NCBI GenBank assembly: GCA_964532735.1
Contig: CAZHKK010000003.1
Span: forward strand, 1 to 57,927
From: an uncultured Gammaproteobacteria bacterium
GTDB taxonomy: Bacteria; Patescibacteriota; Patescibacteriia; JAGPKW01
Direction: 5' to 3'
Length of the DNA: 57,927 nucleotides
Part shown: positions 26,241-37,692 of the stretch, piece after piece
Numbering within the stretch: the stretch's first letter is position 1
Layout: each line of letters opens with the position of its first letter
Program-made: the position numbers and the translations under genes
Notes under the pieces: model-generated
The model's input: only the letters and a program-made list of their open reading frames with translations
Databases searched by the model: none
What the model was told of the DNA's origin: nothing

Positions 26241-28127
26241 TATAGAATCAGCATCTATTGAATTAATTGATTGTTCTTCACTATTTTGTTCGTCTGTAGA
26301 TAATTTTTCAACACCCTTCATGCAAACAGCTTGCCATGGGATATAACGACTTTTAAATACTTTATCAAACCTAGTTCCATCTTCATATTCTACATTATAT
26401 TCAAACTCTGCATCTGCACCGTTATGAGAAGTTTCTGTACATTTAATTTGACCCACTGGCAAATCTAATGTTTCTATCCATTTAGTTCCTGGTGCTATAA
26501 CTATATTTGTAATGATAGGATTGCCTACTTTTATTTTTCTATTATCTTTTGTTCCCCAAATAGAATAAGTTAATTCATATGTTTTTAAATCAATATTTGT
26601 TGTTATTAAAATATAATTTTTACTATTATTTAAAAACCTAAAATCTGGTTTTGGAAAATAAATAGTAGCATCTGTTCCTGCTGGCTCGTAGTAAGGAACC
26701 CTATAAGAATGATTTTTTCTTTCAAGTATTGGAAATCCACCATTTATAGCAGTTCTGAACATAGTTGTTCCAACTTGGCATAAACCTCCACCGTATTCTT
26801 CCTGGGTTTTATTACCTTTTATAACCAACTCGGTAACATACCCCATTGCTGCATTAACTGCCTTTAAAGTTTTGATCATGGAAAACTCTTCTCCTGGTTT
26901 TATTAATGTTCCATTTACATAACTAGTTCCAACTTTGATATTATGAATTCTATTTGTAGATGATCCTTTAAAATTAGAAGATCCTTCTGCTATTTTTTCT
27001 AATAACCCATATTTCACAACTTCACTATCAATTTCGGTTGGCATTGATTCTTCTATTGTTAAAAAAACATCTTTTTTTAAAGACAAAATAGCGTCTTGTA
27101 ATTTATTATAAGAATCTTCTTGATTCAACTCTGTTCCTTTTGTAACTGGTGTGAATTTTTTAGCTTTTTCGTTTTCTATTATTAATTCTCCAGCACCTGG
27201 TTTTGTATCATTTTTATCAGAAATTTCTTGTAAATATTTTTTTATATTTTCTTCATTTAAATTTATACCTGCTTCTATAAATTTATTTTTATCATCTAAT
27301 GCATATTCAAAACTTAACATATTTATTAAATCTTTTTTTTCTAGTATATTTTTTTTATCTTTATAAAATAAATATATTGGAGAATTATCTAATATTTTAT
27401 TTGATTGGATTAAAGTATTTGATAATTTATCTTCAGTTATACTTGGGTTGTTTATTGTTTTGTTTATGTTAATATTTAAAATTTCTTTTCTATTTTTTGA
27501 ATTTATATATTTTAAAATTTCTATATTAACAATATCTAAATCATAATTAAAACCTTCTTCTTCTTTTTTTATTATAAAATTATCAGATTCTTCACTTTTT
27601 ATTATATTTGCATTAATAGTTGATTTTTCATATTTTTTTATTTCTTTTAATATTTCAGCTAATTTGAAATGATCTATAGAATAATTAAAATTAAATTTTT
27701 TTAAGACAAATAAATTTGATAAAAACAATTCTGGACTTATTTTTGTTTTTAAAAATTTTGAAAAAATTTGATCTATTATTTTATCCTTTGAATTTACTTC
27801 TAATAAATTTGATAAATTTATACTTTGTAATACTTTATTATTATTAGAGTCTTCAATTATAAAAACTACTTTTGTTGATAAAAGTTTATTCTCTTCTTCT
27901 GTAATAATATTTTTTATTTCATTTTTATTTTTAAAAGAAATGTCCCTGTCTAAAAAATAAGTTTTAACTGGAGCTATTTTAGTAAAAACATAATTTGTTC
28001 CATGAATTAATAAAATTAAAAAAATTATTGGTAATAAAATAAATAAAAAAACATCCATAGAAAAAATTGTTTTTTTATTTTCTCTTCTTATTTTTAATTT
28101 TTCAAAAAATAATTTAACTTTATTCAT
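26223..28127 (-). CDS. VanW/YoaR-family protein with N-terminal membrane anchor
   Basis: GGGLCQVGTTMFRTAINGG...ERKNHSYRVPYY VanW core. 634 aa. Confidence 0.85.
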   Translation of the reverse strand: MNKVKLFFEKLKIRRENKKTIFSMDVFLFILLPIIFLILLIHGTNYVFTKIAPVKTYFLDRDISFKNKNEIKNIITEEENKLLSTKVVFIIEDSNNNKVLQSINLSNLLEVNSKDKIIDQIFSKFLKTKISPELFLSNLFVLKKFNFNYSIDHFKLAEILKEIKKYEKSTINANIIKSEESDNFIIKKEEEGFNYDLDIVNIEILKYINSKNRKEILNININKTINNPSITEDKLSNTLIQSNKILDNSPIYLFYKDKKNILEKKDLINMLSFEYALDDKNKFIEAGINLNEENIKKYLQEISDKNDTKPGAGELIIENEKAKKFTPVTKGTELNQEDSYNKLQDAILSLKKDVFLTIEESMPTEIDSEVVKYGLLEKIAEGSSNFKGSSTNRIHNIKVGTSYVNGTLIKPGEEFSMIKTLKAVNAAMGYVTELVIKGNKTQEEYGGGLCQVGTTMFRTAINGGFPILERKNHSYRVPYYEPAGTDATIYFPKPDFRFLNNSKNYILITTNIDLKTYELTYSIWGTKDNRKIKVGNPIITNIVIAPGTKWIETLDLPVGQIKCTETSHNGADAEFEYNVEYEDGTRFDKVFKSRYIPWQAVCMKGVEKLSTDEQNSEEQSINSIDADSIKIKTP

Positions 28128-28133
28128 TATGCT

Positions 28134-28562
28134 TTATTTTTTTATTTTTAATAAAACTATTTTTAATATTCCATTTTCTATTTTTGCAGATGTTTTTTCT
28201 GGAACTATTTCTGATGGTAATATTATAGACCTAGAAAAACTTCCATAAAAACATTCCCTATGAATATATTTTTTTGATTTTTCTATTTTTTCTCTTTTTC
28301 TTATTCCTTCAATTTTAATTTTTTCTGGTTCTACATCTATATTTATATTATCAACATCAACACCAGCAACTGGAGATTCTATAAAAATATTTTTATTGTC
28401 TTCTAAAATATCTAAAGACAACTCTCCTTTTTCTATTTTATATTCTTCTTCTGAAAAATCATTAATTAATATAGTATTTAAATCTAAAGTTTTTGAATTA
28501 ACATCCTGTTTGGCTGTTTTGTTTGTTTTTCTTTCTTTTGGTGTTATAATTTTTTTTGACAT
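28134..28562 (-). CDS. Hsp20/alpha-crystallin small heat-shock protein
   Basis: Alpha-crystallin domain ending GSFSRSIILP....A.IENGILKI. Confidence 0.88.
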   Translation of the reverse strand: MSKKIITPKERKTNKTAKQDVNSKTLDLNTILINDFSEEEYKIEKGELSLDILEDNKNIFIESPVAGVDVDNINIDVEPEKIKIEGIRKREKIEKSKKYIHRECFYGSFSRSIILPSEIVPEKTSAKIENGILKIVLLKIKK

Positions 28563-28597
28563 AGATTTTAAATTAAAAATATTACTATCAGTATACC

Positions 28598-29650
28598 TTA
28601 TTTTTGAATCATATCCAATATTAATAAATTTAATTTATATAAAGATATTTCTTGATCAGTTTTTGATAAAATATCTATTTCCTCAAATTGTTTATAATAT
28701 TTTTTTAATAATTCCTTATTAAAGTTTTTTAATTTTATTTTTATTGGAAATATTTTTTTTGGATTTTTCCAATTCATTTCTTTTGATATTTCTAAATCTG
28801 GATATTTCATAAAAATCAAATCAGATACAGAAATCATTTCTTCCAAATTATTTATCATAATTGTATTAAAAAAAACAAGTTCATCTAATTTGAGTTTTTC
28901 ATTTGTATCATTATAAAAATTTTTTTCAAATAAAATTAAAGCTTTTTTGTTTTTTTCAAATATTAAATTTACCAATTCAAATATATCATCATCGTTTGGA
29001 TTTGAATAATTAACATCTGATAATTTTATATCGTCTTCTTTTATAAGATTATCATTTTTAGAATTGAACAATTTTAATAATTGAGTTTTTATTTTTATTG
29101 TATCTATTTTTCCAATATATTCGTTTTTATAATCTTTCCTTAAATTAAATTTTTCCATTAATTTATTTAATGCTTTTTCCGATATTTGATAACCATTATC
29201 TAATATTTTTTTTATAATCCATTTTTTAATATCATAATCTTTTGTAAACTTTATTTCTTGTATTCTTAATTTAGGATCTATGTCGTCTGATAATATAGAC
29301 ATTTTTTCTATTTCTTTCCAAAATTTTGTTCTTTTATCAATTTTATTATCTTGAATTATTGTAATAAAATTATTATCAGATTTTTTTAAATATTCTAAAA
29401 TTTCTAGTTGAAAATCATCTTCTACTTGAAACAAATTTTTTAAAAAAATTAATTTTTTTTCTGCAAATAAAGAAATATTTTTATAAGAATCTTTTAATAT
29501 TTTTTGTAATTCTAAAATATTATCGTTTTCTAAAAAATCGATATTAATTATGTTTGATTCACTATATTTAGCTTTAAAATTATTTTTTTGTTTTAAAATA
29601 ATTTCTTCTATATCTGATTCTATATCACCTATATAAATAAATATATTCAT
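28598..29650 (-). CDS. holA: DNA polymerase III delta subunit-like (HolA-like)
   Basis: Size, N-terminal IYIG...SLFAEKKLIFLKN pattern and position upstream of polA. Weak similarity only. Confidence 0.5.
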   Translation of the reverse strand: MNIFIYIGDIESDIEEIILKQKNNFKAKYSESNIINIDFLENDNILELQKILKDSYKNISLFAEKKLIFLKNLFQVEDDFQLEILEYLKKSDNNFITIIQDNKIDKRTKFWKEIEKMSILSDDIDPKLRIQEIKFTKDYDIKKWIIKKILDNGYQISEKALNKLMEKFNLRKDYKNEYIGKIDTIKIKTQLLKLFNSKNDNLIKEDDIKLSDVNYSNPNDDDIFELVNLIFEKNKKALILFEKNFYNDTNEKLKLDELVFFNTIMINNLEEMISVSDLIFMKYPDLEISKEMNWKNPKKIFPIKIKLKNFNKELLKKYYKQFEEIDILSKTDQEISLYKLNLLILDMIQK

Positions 29651-29669
29651 TTTGATAAACCTACTTTAA

Positions 29670-32489
29670 TTAAATTAATTCTCCCCAATTATTTCCTATT
29701 TCAATATCAGCTATTAATGGAACATTATTTGGTAATAAATAAGATTTTTCCATCTCTTCTTTTAGTATAGGAATATAAAAGTCTATCTTGTCTTCTTTTA
29801 TTTCAAAAACTAATTCATCATGTACTTGTATTAACATTTTTATATCATCTCTATTTTTTATTTTTTCATAAATATTTATCATAGCTAATTTCATTATATC
29901 TGCCGCTAACCCTTGTATTGTCATATTAACAGCCATTCTTTCTGCTGCACTCACAATAAATTTCTGGCTAGAATTTATTTCTTTGAAATATCTTTTTCTT
30001 CCAAATAAATTTTCAATAAATTCGTCTCTATGAGAAATTTTAATAATTTCTGATATGTATTTTTCTATTTTATCATTAATTTTAAAATATTTTTCTATAT
30101 ATTCTTTTGCTTCATTAAATGTTATTCCTGTTTCTCTAGATAATTTTCTTGCCCCCATTCCATACAATATACCAAAATTTATAGCCTTTGCTGCATATCT
30201 TTGAGGTTTTGTAACTTCTTCTATTTTTATATTATTTATTAAAGATGCTGTTTGCGTATGAATATCTATATTTTTAATAAAAGCATCTATCATAGATTCT
30301 TGCCCAGATAAACTTGCTATTATTCTAAGTTCAACTTGAGAATAATCTATTGAAAATATTTTATATCCTTCGTTTGCTATAAAAGCTTTTCTGATTTTTT
30401 TACCATCTTCTGTCCTTACTGGTATGTTTTGTAAATTTGGCTCTGTTGATGACAATCTTCCTGTTACAGCTATAGTTTGATTAAAACTTGTATGTATTCT
30501 GTTTGTATTTTTATTTATCAATTTTGGCAAAACATCTATATATGTAGTTTTTAATTTTTCATATTCTCTATATTCTATTAATTTATTAATTATTTCTATT
30601 TGATCTTTTAAAGAAACTTCGTCAATATTTAATGAGTCTATAAAATTAAAAGTATTAGATTTTTTTTCTAATTCTTCCTCTAATAAATCTTTTATTTTTT
30701 CTAATTGATCTGATGCTGTAGATATTCCTGTTTTTATTTTTTTAATACCTTTTGTTTTTATTTTTAATTTATCAAATAAAATATCTTGTAATTGTTTTGG
30801 TGAATTTAAATTAAATTCTAATTTTATTTTTGAAAAAATAAAATTTTTTATTTTCTCTATTTTTTCTTTATACTCTTTTGATAATTTTTCTAAATATTCA
30901 ACATTTATTAATACACCATTTTCTTCTATGTTTTTTAAAACGGGTATTAATTTCATATCAATATTAAAAAATAAATTTGATAATTTTTCATTTTTTGATA
31001 TTTCTAAATTATATTTTTTATAAAGCTTAAATGTATAATTAGAATCATCACAACAATAATTAGATACTTTTTCTGAATCTACAAAATCCATTGTAATTTG
31101 TTTTTTACCTTCACCAATAAGTTCTTTTATGCTTTGCATTTTATATCCAAATTCAGAGAAAGATAAAACATCTAGCCCATATCTTCTTTCACCTGGATTT
31201 AATATAAAAGCCGCTAGCATTGTATCAAAATAAATATTTCTAACATTTATATTATGTTTACTTAAAACTTCTACATCATATTTTATATTATGACCTATTT
31301 TTTTAATATCCAAATTCTCTAATATTTGTTTTAAAAATTCAAAATTATTATTTAAATTTTTCCATTCTATATATGAAGCTTCATTTTCTTTAAAACAAAA
31401 AGATATCCCAACAATTTTGGCTAAATGTGGATTATCGCTCGTTGTTTCTATATCAAAAGCAAATTCTGTTTGTTGTTTTAATAAATTTAAAAATTTAAAA
31501 ATTTCTTGTTCTGTTTTTAAAATTTTATAATTATAATTATTTTTATTATTATTAGATGAATGAACGCCGTTTATCCCTATGATATTATTATTGTTTTTAT
31601 TTTGTAATTGTAATACACGGTCTAACAATGTTTTAAATTCTAATTTTATAAACAATTCATGTATTTTATTTAAATCGAAATCTCCCAATTTGCAATTATC
31701 TAGATTAAAATCTATTTCAACATCTAATTTTATTGTGGCGAGTTTATAACTTAAAAAAGTATTTTCTTTTTGCCTTTTTAATAAATTTAAAATTCTAGGA
31801 GTAATTTTTCCATTATTTCCATTTTCAATTTCTTTATATAAATTTTCTATTGAATTAAATTCTTTTAATATTTCTACGGCTGTTTTTTCTCCTATACCTT
31901 TTACTCCTGGAATATTATCAGAAGGATCACCTCTTAGTGCTTTATAATCTATTATTTGACTTGGTCTTACTCCTATTAGTTCTTCTACTATATTTGAATT
32001 ATATTCTAACGTTTCTGATAATCCTTTTTTGAAAGTTAAAACGTGAACTTGATCATCTACAAGCTGAAGAGTGTCTTTATCTCCTGTTAATATTACAACT
32101 TCTGTATTTTTTTCAATTATTTTTGATATTGTTCCTATTAAATCATCAGCTTCATAGCCTTCTTTTTCAAAAATTTTAATATTAAAAGCGTTTACAATTT
32201 TTTTTATTATTGGAAATTGAACATATAATTCGTCAGCTTGCTTTACTCTAGTTGCTTTATATTCTGGATAGATATCATTTCTAAATGTTTTTTTTGCAAC
32301 GTCAAAACAAACAGCTATATGAGTTGGTTTTATTTCTTTTAATACTTTTATTAAAACTGACGTAAATCCATATACAGCATTAGTAGGAGTTCCATCTTTT
32401 GCCATCATTGTTGGTGGTAAAGCATGGAATGCTCTGTGAACCAAAGCATTTGCATCTAGTATTAATAATTTTTGTTTTGATTCTGACAT
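29670..32489 (-). CDS. polA: DNA polymerase I
   Basis: 5' nuclease domain (LLILDANALVHRAFHA), 3'-5' exo-like middle region, pol A motifs (DYSQVELRI, QVHDELVFE). Confidence 0.95.
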   Translation of the reverse strand: MSESKQKLLILDANALVHRAFHALPPTMMAKDGTPTNAVYGFTSVLIKVLKEIKPTHIAVCFDVAKKTFRNDIYPEYKATRVKQADELYVQFPIIKKIVNAFNIKIFEKEGYEADDLIGTISKIIEKNTEVVILTGDKDTLQLVDDQVHVLTFKKGLSETLEYNSNIVEELIGVRPSQIIDYKALRGDPSDNIPGVKGIGEKTAVEILKEFNSIENLYKEIENGNNGKITPRILNLLKRQKENTFLSYKLATIKLDVEIDFNLDNCKLGDFDLNKIHELFIKLEFKTLLDRVLQLQNKNNNNIIGINGVHSSNNNKNNYNYKILKTEQEIFKFLNLLKQQTEFAFDIETTSDNPHLAKIVGISFCFKENEASYIEWKNLNNNFEFLKQILENLDIKKIGHNIKYDVEVLSKHNINVRNIYFDTMLAAFILNPGERRYGLDVLSFSEFGYKMQSIKELIGEGKKQITMDFVDSEKVSNYCCDDSNYTFKLYKKYNLEISKNEKLSNLFFNIDMKLIPVLKNIEENGVLINVEYLEKLSKEYKEKIEKIKNFIFSKIKLEFNLNSPKQLQDILFDKLKIKTKGIKKIKTGISTASDQLEKIKDLLEEELEKKSNTFNFIDSLNIDEVSLKDQIEIINKLIEYREYEKLKTTYIDVLPKLINKNTNRIHTSFNQTIAVTGRLSSTEPNLQNIPVRTEDGKKIRKAFIANEGYKIFSIDYSQVELRIIASLSGQESMIDAFIKNIDIHTQTASLINNIKIEEVTKPQRYAAKAINFGILYGMGARKLSRETGITFNEAKEYIEKYFKINDKIEKYISEIIKISHRDEFIENLFGRKRYFKEINSSQKFIVSAAERMAVNMTIQGLAADIMKLAMINIYEKIKNRDDIKMLIQVHDELVFEIKEDKIDFYIPILKEEMEKSYLLPNNVPLIADIEIGNNWGELI

Positions 32490-32580
32490 TTTGCTTATGA
32501 TTAGTTTTTACAATATTATTTTACATATTACACAATTTCTAATAAATAAAAAAGAGTTAAAAAATAAAAACACAATAATA

Positions 32581-33219
32581 TTATGTGTTTTTATTAAACA
32601 TTTCTTTATAAATAATGTTTGATATAATTTTGTATTTATCTTTTTTTAAATGAAGCTTATCTATTGAAATAAATTCATCTTCATCAAATCCACATAAATT
32701 TATAACTTCCTGCATAACCTTTCTTATATCAATAAAACATATGTTTTTTGTTTTAGATAATTTAAAAATTGCTTTATAATAAAAATCCACTTTATCATTA
32801 ATCTTTTTGTTTATTTTTGTTGGAGAAAGAACAATAACATCAGAACCAATTTTTTTTATTTTATTAATAATATTTTTCATATTATTTAAATATTCCTGCA
32901 ATGATATATGTTTTCTTACGTCATTAATCCCAAACATAATAATTACTAAATTTGGCTTTAGGTTTAATATATTATCAATATAATTTAAAGCATTTAAAGA
33001 TGTCCAGCCACTATGACCTTCATTTATAATTGATAATTTAGAATTTGGATACTTTTTTAAAATTTTTTCTTTCAAACGCCTTGGATAGTTTAATCTAGTT
33101 TGTATACCAAAATTATAACCCCAAGTTATACTATCTCCAAAACAAACTATTTTAACATCATTACCAAGCTTTATATTTTTTATTGTTTTTAAATTGTATA
33201 CTTTTTTATTAAAAAACAT
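32581..33219 (-). CDS. SGNH/GDSL hydrolase
   Basis: FGDSITWG block I, GINDV block III, D..H at the C-terminus. Confidence 0.8.
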   Translation of the reverse strand: MFFNKKVYNLKTIKNIKLGNDVKIVCFGDSITWGYNFGIQTRLNYPRRLKEKILKKYPNSKLSIINEGHSGWTSLNALNYIDNILNLKPNLVIIMFGINDVRKHISLQEYLNNMKNIINKIKKIGSDVIVLSPTKINKKINDKVDFYYKAIFKLSKTKNICFIDIRKVMQEVINLCGFDEDEFISIDKLHLKKDKYKIISNIIYKEMFNKNT

Positions 33220-33236
33220 GAATATTTTTAAATATT

Positions 33237-34934
33237 TTAGGAAGCTATTCTAAACACTTCTTCTACTGTTGTTATTCCAGATACTGCTTTTAGTAATCCA
33301 TCTTGAACCATTTTTATCATACCATCTTCCATCGCTAGTTTTTCTAATTCAAATTCTGAAACCTTACCTGACAATATAACTTCCTCTATCTTTGGAGTCA
33401 TTGTCATAACTTCATATAAACCTACTCTACCTTTATATCCTAAACCATGACATTTTTCACAACCTTTCCCTTTGTAAAAATGTAAATCGTTTAAATCAAC
33501 TTTAAAATTAGATTTTTCTGGAATTTCTGATAATATTTTTTTTACCTTTTCTAATTGTTCTTCTGATATTTCTACTTCTTCTTTACAATTAGAACATATT
33601 CTTCTAGCTAGTCTTTGAGCCATAACAGCATTAAGCGCTGGAGCTAATAAAAAAGGTTTAACACCCATAACCATAAATCTAGGAATAGCTGCTGGAGCAC
33701 TATTTGCATGAATTGTTGATATTACTTTATGACCAGTAAGAGCAGCTTCTACTGCGACTTCTGCTGTTTCTCCGTCTCTAATTTCTCCAACCATTACAAC
33801 ATTAGGATCTTGACGCAATATAGCCCTAAGACCTTTTGCAAAATCATAATCCCTACTATGATCTATCTGAGATTGATTTAACCCAGGTAATTTATATTCT
33901 ATAGGATCTTCTAATGTTATTATATTAACATCTGGTTTATTTAATTTGTTTAAAATAGCATATAAAGTTGTTGTTTTACCAGAACCAGTAGGACCAGTTG
34001 TAATAATCATACCTATTGGCTTATCTACTGCTGCTGTTAATCTTTCATTTGTACTACCTATCAAACCTAAATCTTCAAATTGTAAACTAGCTGCTGATGA
34101 TTTTAATAAACGCATAACAACTGATTCTCCAAAAGCTGTAGGTAAAGTAGAAACACGGATATCAACCTTGTCATCATCTAAAACAACAGTGATTCTTCCG
34201 TCTTGTGGAATATCTGAAATATTCATTTTAAGTTTAGCCATTAATTTTATTCTCGTAATTATTTTTGGCCATATTTCTTTTTTCACTGAAGCTATTTCAC
34301 TAAGCATTCCATCAACTCTAATACGAACTATTACTTTTGTTTCTGCTGCTTCTATATGAATATCTGAAGATCCAAACTGTATTGCTGCGGCTAAAATAAG
34401 CGTTATCATCTCTGATAATTCAACACCTTGCATTTTTTTGTTTACATCCTCAAAAGTTTTTAAATCTTCTTTAAATTTATCAAATACAGCTTGGTCTATT
34501 TTAAAACCATTAATAAATGTTTTAATTTTGGGCAATTTATCATAAAGAGCCATAGCTACTTCATGACTACCTTTTGATATAAAATATATCTTTTTTTTAG
34601 TATCTAATTCCCCTGTATCTAAAGCATTTATATAATCTATTACGTTATCGTTAAAGGTAGAAATACCTATTCTAATTTCCTGAAAAGCTCTATAAAAACA
34701 AACTATTCCGTATTTAGAACAATCTAATTGTGATATAGATTTTAAAGCTTCAGGACCTATAGGAAATTGATGAAGATCCATATAATCTAAACCAAAAATA
34801 GAAGCAGTAGCTGCAGCAGCTGCTTCTTCTTGTTTAATTTGTATTTTTTTATATGTTTCACTAAATTTGTCAGATATATTATCACTAGAAATTTGAAGTC
34901 CAGATTGGAGATTTTGATTTTCTTCTTGTTCCAT
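33237..34934 (-). CDS. Type II/IV secretion / type IV pilus assembly ATPase (GspE/PilB family)
   Basis: GPTGSGKTTT Walker A, the VGEIRD Asp box-type motif, and a CxxC...CxxC tetracysteine motif. Confidence 0.9.
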   Translation of the reverse strand: MEQEENQNLQSGLQISSDNISDKFSETYKKIQIKQEEAAAAATASIFGLDYMDLHQFPIGPEALKSISQLDCSKYGIVCFYRAFQEIRIGISTFNDNVIDYINALDTGELDTKKKIYFISKGSHEVAMALYDKLPKIKTFINGFKIDQAVFDKFKEDLKTFEDVNKKMQGVELSEMITLILAAAIQFGSSDIHIEAAETKVIVRIRVDGMLSEIASVKKEIWPKIITRIKLMAKLKMNISDIPQDGRITVVLDDDKVDIRVSTLPTAFGESVVMRLLKSSAASLQFEDLGLIGSTNERLTAAVDKPIGMIITTGPTGSGKTTTLYAILNKLNKPDVNIITLEDPIEYKLPGLNQSQIDHSRDYDFAKGLRAILRQDPNVVMVGEIRDGETAEVAVEAALTGHKVISTIHANSAPAAIPRFMVMGVKPFLLAPALNAVMAQRLARRICSNCKEEVEISEEQLEKVKKILSEIPEKSNFKVDLNDLHFYKGKGCEKCHGLGYKGRVGLYEVMTMTPKIEEVILSGKVSEFELEKLAMEDGMIKMVQDGLLKAVSGITTVEEVFRIAS

Positions 34935-34999
34935 ATTTTATTTTACCTTTTATTTACTACTACAGTATAACATAAACAAGAAACTGAGAGAAGATATAA

Positions 35000-36202
35000 T
35001 TAATTGCTATTTATTATATTTATCATCTCATCAACTTTTTTTTCCCAACCATAATCAATAACAGAATTTATTCTATCACTTTTATTTTTTTCACTAAAAT
35101 AATTTTCATCTTGCACTATATCTTTAATAAAACTAGAAAATTCTTCTTTGCTATTTGCTATTTTTATATAATTTCTAAATTTTTCTACCCCTGAAACATT
35201 TGTTGTAACAACAGGCTTTCCTGATGCTAAATATTCATATAATTTTTTTGGGTCCATTGAATTTATAAAATCATTAACTAAATGTGGAATTATGCAAACA
35301 TCAAAATTATTATAAATAAAAGGCATTTCTTTATATTTTATTTCTCCTATAAAACTTATATTTTTGTATTTTTTAAATCTTTGTATGTCAAAATTACCAT
35401 GAATAGGTCCAGCTATTAAAAAAAATAGCTCTTTATTATTATCTACAATAAAATCTAATAAATTTATATCTACTCTATCATTTTTTATAACTCCAACATA
35501 TCCTATTATTTTGTTGTAATCTTTTTTTATGTTTACTATATAATCATTTATTCTTTCTGAGTTTATTGGATTTTTATAATGTTCTAAATCAACTCCGTTT
35601 GATATAAATTTTATATTATTTTTCACATTAACACATGCCATAGCGGTTTCTGTAATTTGTTTACAATAAGCAATTTTTTCTAAATCATCTTTTAATTTTT
35701 CTGATACTGTAAATACAAAATTTGAATTTAAAACTATATCTTTATAGTTTTTTTCTAGTTTTTTTCTATATTTACTAAATATAGAATTATTGATCCAATT
35801 ATCAACAGTATCAAAATATTTTTTGTTATTTCTAAACAATCTTAGATATTTAGCATTTAAAGGGTTGTAATTTATTATTATAGCATCTTGAAAGTTTAAT
35901 TTAAAAATAGCTTTTTTAGCTCTTCTTAAACTTGTTGCAGATAAAGATATTAATTTATTATTTAATCTTCTTGCTACATAATGATGCCCCATGGCAATTA
36001 CATTTTTTCCAATTTTTTTGTAAACTTTTGATTTTAAATATAATCTTAAATAACTTCTTATATTAAACGGAAAAAAATCAATAGATAGAATTTCTTCTAC
36101 ATCATTTCTTTTTAATAATTCATCTAAAACATGCTTATTTCTATTGTATACACCTTTATCCCATTCAAATTGAGATGACATATTTAACAATATAAATTTC
36201 AT
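35000..36202 (-). CDS. Glycosyltransferase, GT-B fold (family 1/4-like)
   Basis: C-terminal motif P.K..EYLASGKPVV typical of GT1/GT4. Confidence 0.75.
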   Translation of the reverse strand: MKFILLNMSSQFEWDKGVYNRNKHVLDELLKRNDVEEILSIDFFPFNIRSYLRLYLKSKVYKKIGKNVIAMGHHYVARRLNNKLISLSATSLRRAKKAIFKLNFQDAIIINYNPLNAKYLRLFRNNKKYFDTVDNWINNSIFSKYRKKLEKNYKDIVLNSNFVFTVSEKLKDDLEKIAYCKQITETAMACVNVKNNIKFISNGVDLEHYKNPINSERINDYIVNIKKDYNKIIGYVGVIKNDRVDINLLDFIVDNNKELFFLIAGPIHGNFDIQRFKKYKNISFIGEIKYKEMPFIYNNFDVCIIPHLVNDFINSMDPKKLYEYLASGKPVVTTNVSGVEKFRNYIKIANSKEEFSSFIKDIVQDENYFSEKNKSDRINSVIDYGWEKKVDEMINIINSN

Positions 36203-36254
36203 ATTTATTTATTAATTACTTATTTATATCAAATTACATCATTTTTTTTAGAAA

Positions 36255-36287
36255 TGCAAAAAAAATCGTGAACCAAATCACGATTTT
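36255..36287 (-). terminator. Terminator after dnaA
   Basis: AAAATCGTGA/TCACGATTTT stem overlapping the stop codon, followed by a U-run on the minus strand. Confidence 0.6.
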
Positions 36288-37692
36288 ATTCATAACTACC
36301 ATTGTAAAGTCTTTCTCTAATCATTTCTATATCTTTTTTTGTTCTATTATTAGCAGCTACTTCTGTTTTTATTTTTTGATAAGAATGCATTGCTGTTGTA
36401 TGATCTCTATTTCCCAATTCTGACCCTATGTTTGGAAAAGATGCATCTAATTCTTCTCTTAATAAATACATAGCTATTTGTCTTGGAGTAACTAATTCTT
36501 TTTTTCTACTAACGCCTTTTATACTCTCTACGGTTACATCAAAAAAACTAGCTACCGTTTCTATAAGTTGTTGGGGGGAAAACTTTACATTCTTTTTATT
36601 TTGTTCATTATAAACCGTTATTAAGTCTCTTACGTTTTCTATAGTTGGGTCTATTCTTCTTAATTCATACTGAACAATAATCTTATTTAATATACCTTCT
36701 ATTTCTCTTACGCTTTTTTGAACTTCTGTTGCTATATATCTTATAACATTATCATCAAAATTATATTTTTTTTCTGATAATTTAGCTTTTATTATAGCCA
36801 TTCTTGTTTCTAAGTCTGGTTCTGAAATATCAGCTATCATACCAGAAGAGAATCTTGATTTTAATCTTTCTTGAAAGGCAGACAAAGCTTGAGGTGGTCT
36901 ATCTGACGTTAATACTATTTGACAATTTTTTTGATGATATTCATTAAATGTATTAAATAATTCCTCTTGTGTTCCTTCTTTTCCAGCTAAAAACTGAATA
37001 TCATCTATTATTATAACATCATATGATCTATATTTTAACCTAAAATCTTTCATTCTTCCACCTTTTATTGCATCAACATAATCATTAGTAAATCTTTCAG
37101 ATGTTATATAAAGAATTTTTTTATCTGCTGAATTTTTTATTATTTCATTACCTATACCTTGTGCTAAATGAGTTTTTCCTATTCCAACTCCACCATAAAT
37201 AAATAAAGGATTAAATTTTTCACCAGGAAATTCTGCAACACCTCTTGCAGCAGCATAAGCTAATTCATTATTTTTACCCACAATAAAAGTATCAAATGTA
37301 TATTTTGGATTTAGATTAAAAACACCCAAAGAACTTTCTTTTTTTTCTATTTTATTTTGAGAAGAAAAATTTTCTTGTTGAATTTGAGTAGAAGATCTAT
37401 TTTGTTGCTCATATTTTGCAACAGTTTTTTCATCTCCTACTAAAGAAACTTCATATGTAATCTTTTTAATTTTACCATCACTAACTTCTTGTAAAGAATT
37501 TAGTATATCTTTATGATATTTTTTAGATAACCAAGCTTGAGCAAAAGCGTGAGGTGTAGCCAAAATAACATGTTCTTCATTATCTACAATCTCAATAATG
37601 AATGTATTTTTAAACCAAGTAGCAAAATTTGCCTTACTTAAAGTTAGCTCCAACCTACCTAAAGCAGCTTGCCAAATTTGTTTTTTGTCCAT
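36286..37692 (-). CDS. dnaA: Chromosomal replication initiator DnaA
   Basis: GGVGIGKTHL Walker A, IIIDDIQFL, C-terminal DNA-binding domain with RDHTT. Confidence 0.95.
   Translation of the reverse strand: MDKKQIWQAALGRLELTLSKANFATWFKNTFIIEIVDNEEHVILATPHAFAQAWLSKKYHKDILNSLQEVSDGKIKKITYEVSLVGDEKTVAKYEQQNRSSTQIQQENFSSQNKIEKKESSLGVFNLNPKYTFDTFIVGKNNELAYAAARGVAEFPGEKFNPLFIYGGVGIGKTHLAQGIGNEIIKNSADKKILYITSERFTNDYVDAIKGGRMKDFRLKYRSYDVIIIDDIQFLAGKEGTQEELFNTFNEYHQKNCQIVLTSDRPPQALSAFQERLKSRFSSGMIADISEPDLETRMAIIKAKLSEKKYNFDDNVIRYIATEVQKSVREIEGILNKIIVQYELRRIDPTIENVRDLITVYNEQNKKNVKFSPQQLIETVASFFDVTVESIKGVSRKKELVTPRQIAMYLLREELDASFPNIGSELGNRDHTTAMHSYQKIKTEVAANNRTKKDIEMIRERLYNGSYE

Noticed and set aside
33237-36202. 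A type IV pilus or type II secretion gene cluster around the PilB/GspE ATPase.
   Set aside because: No PilC/GspF platform protein, pilin or PilM-Q genes are adjacent. The neighbours are an SGNH hydrolase and a glycosyltransferase, so only the single ATPase can be called here.
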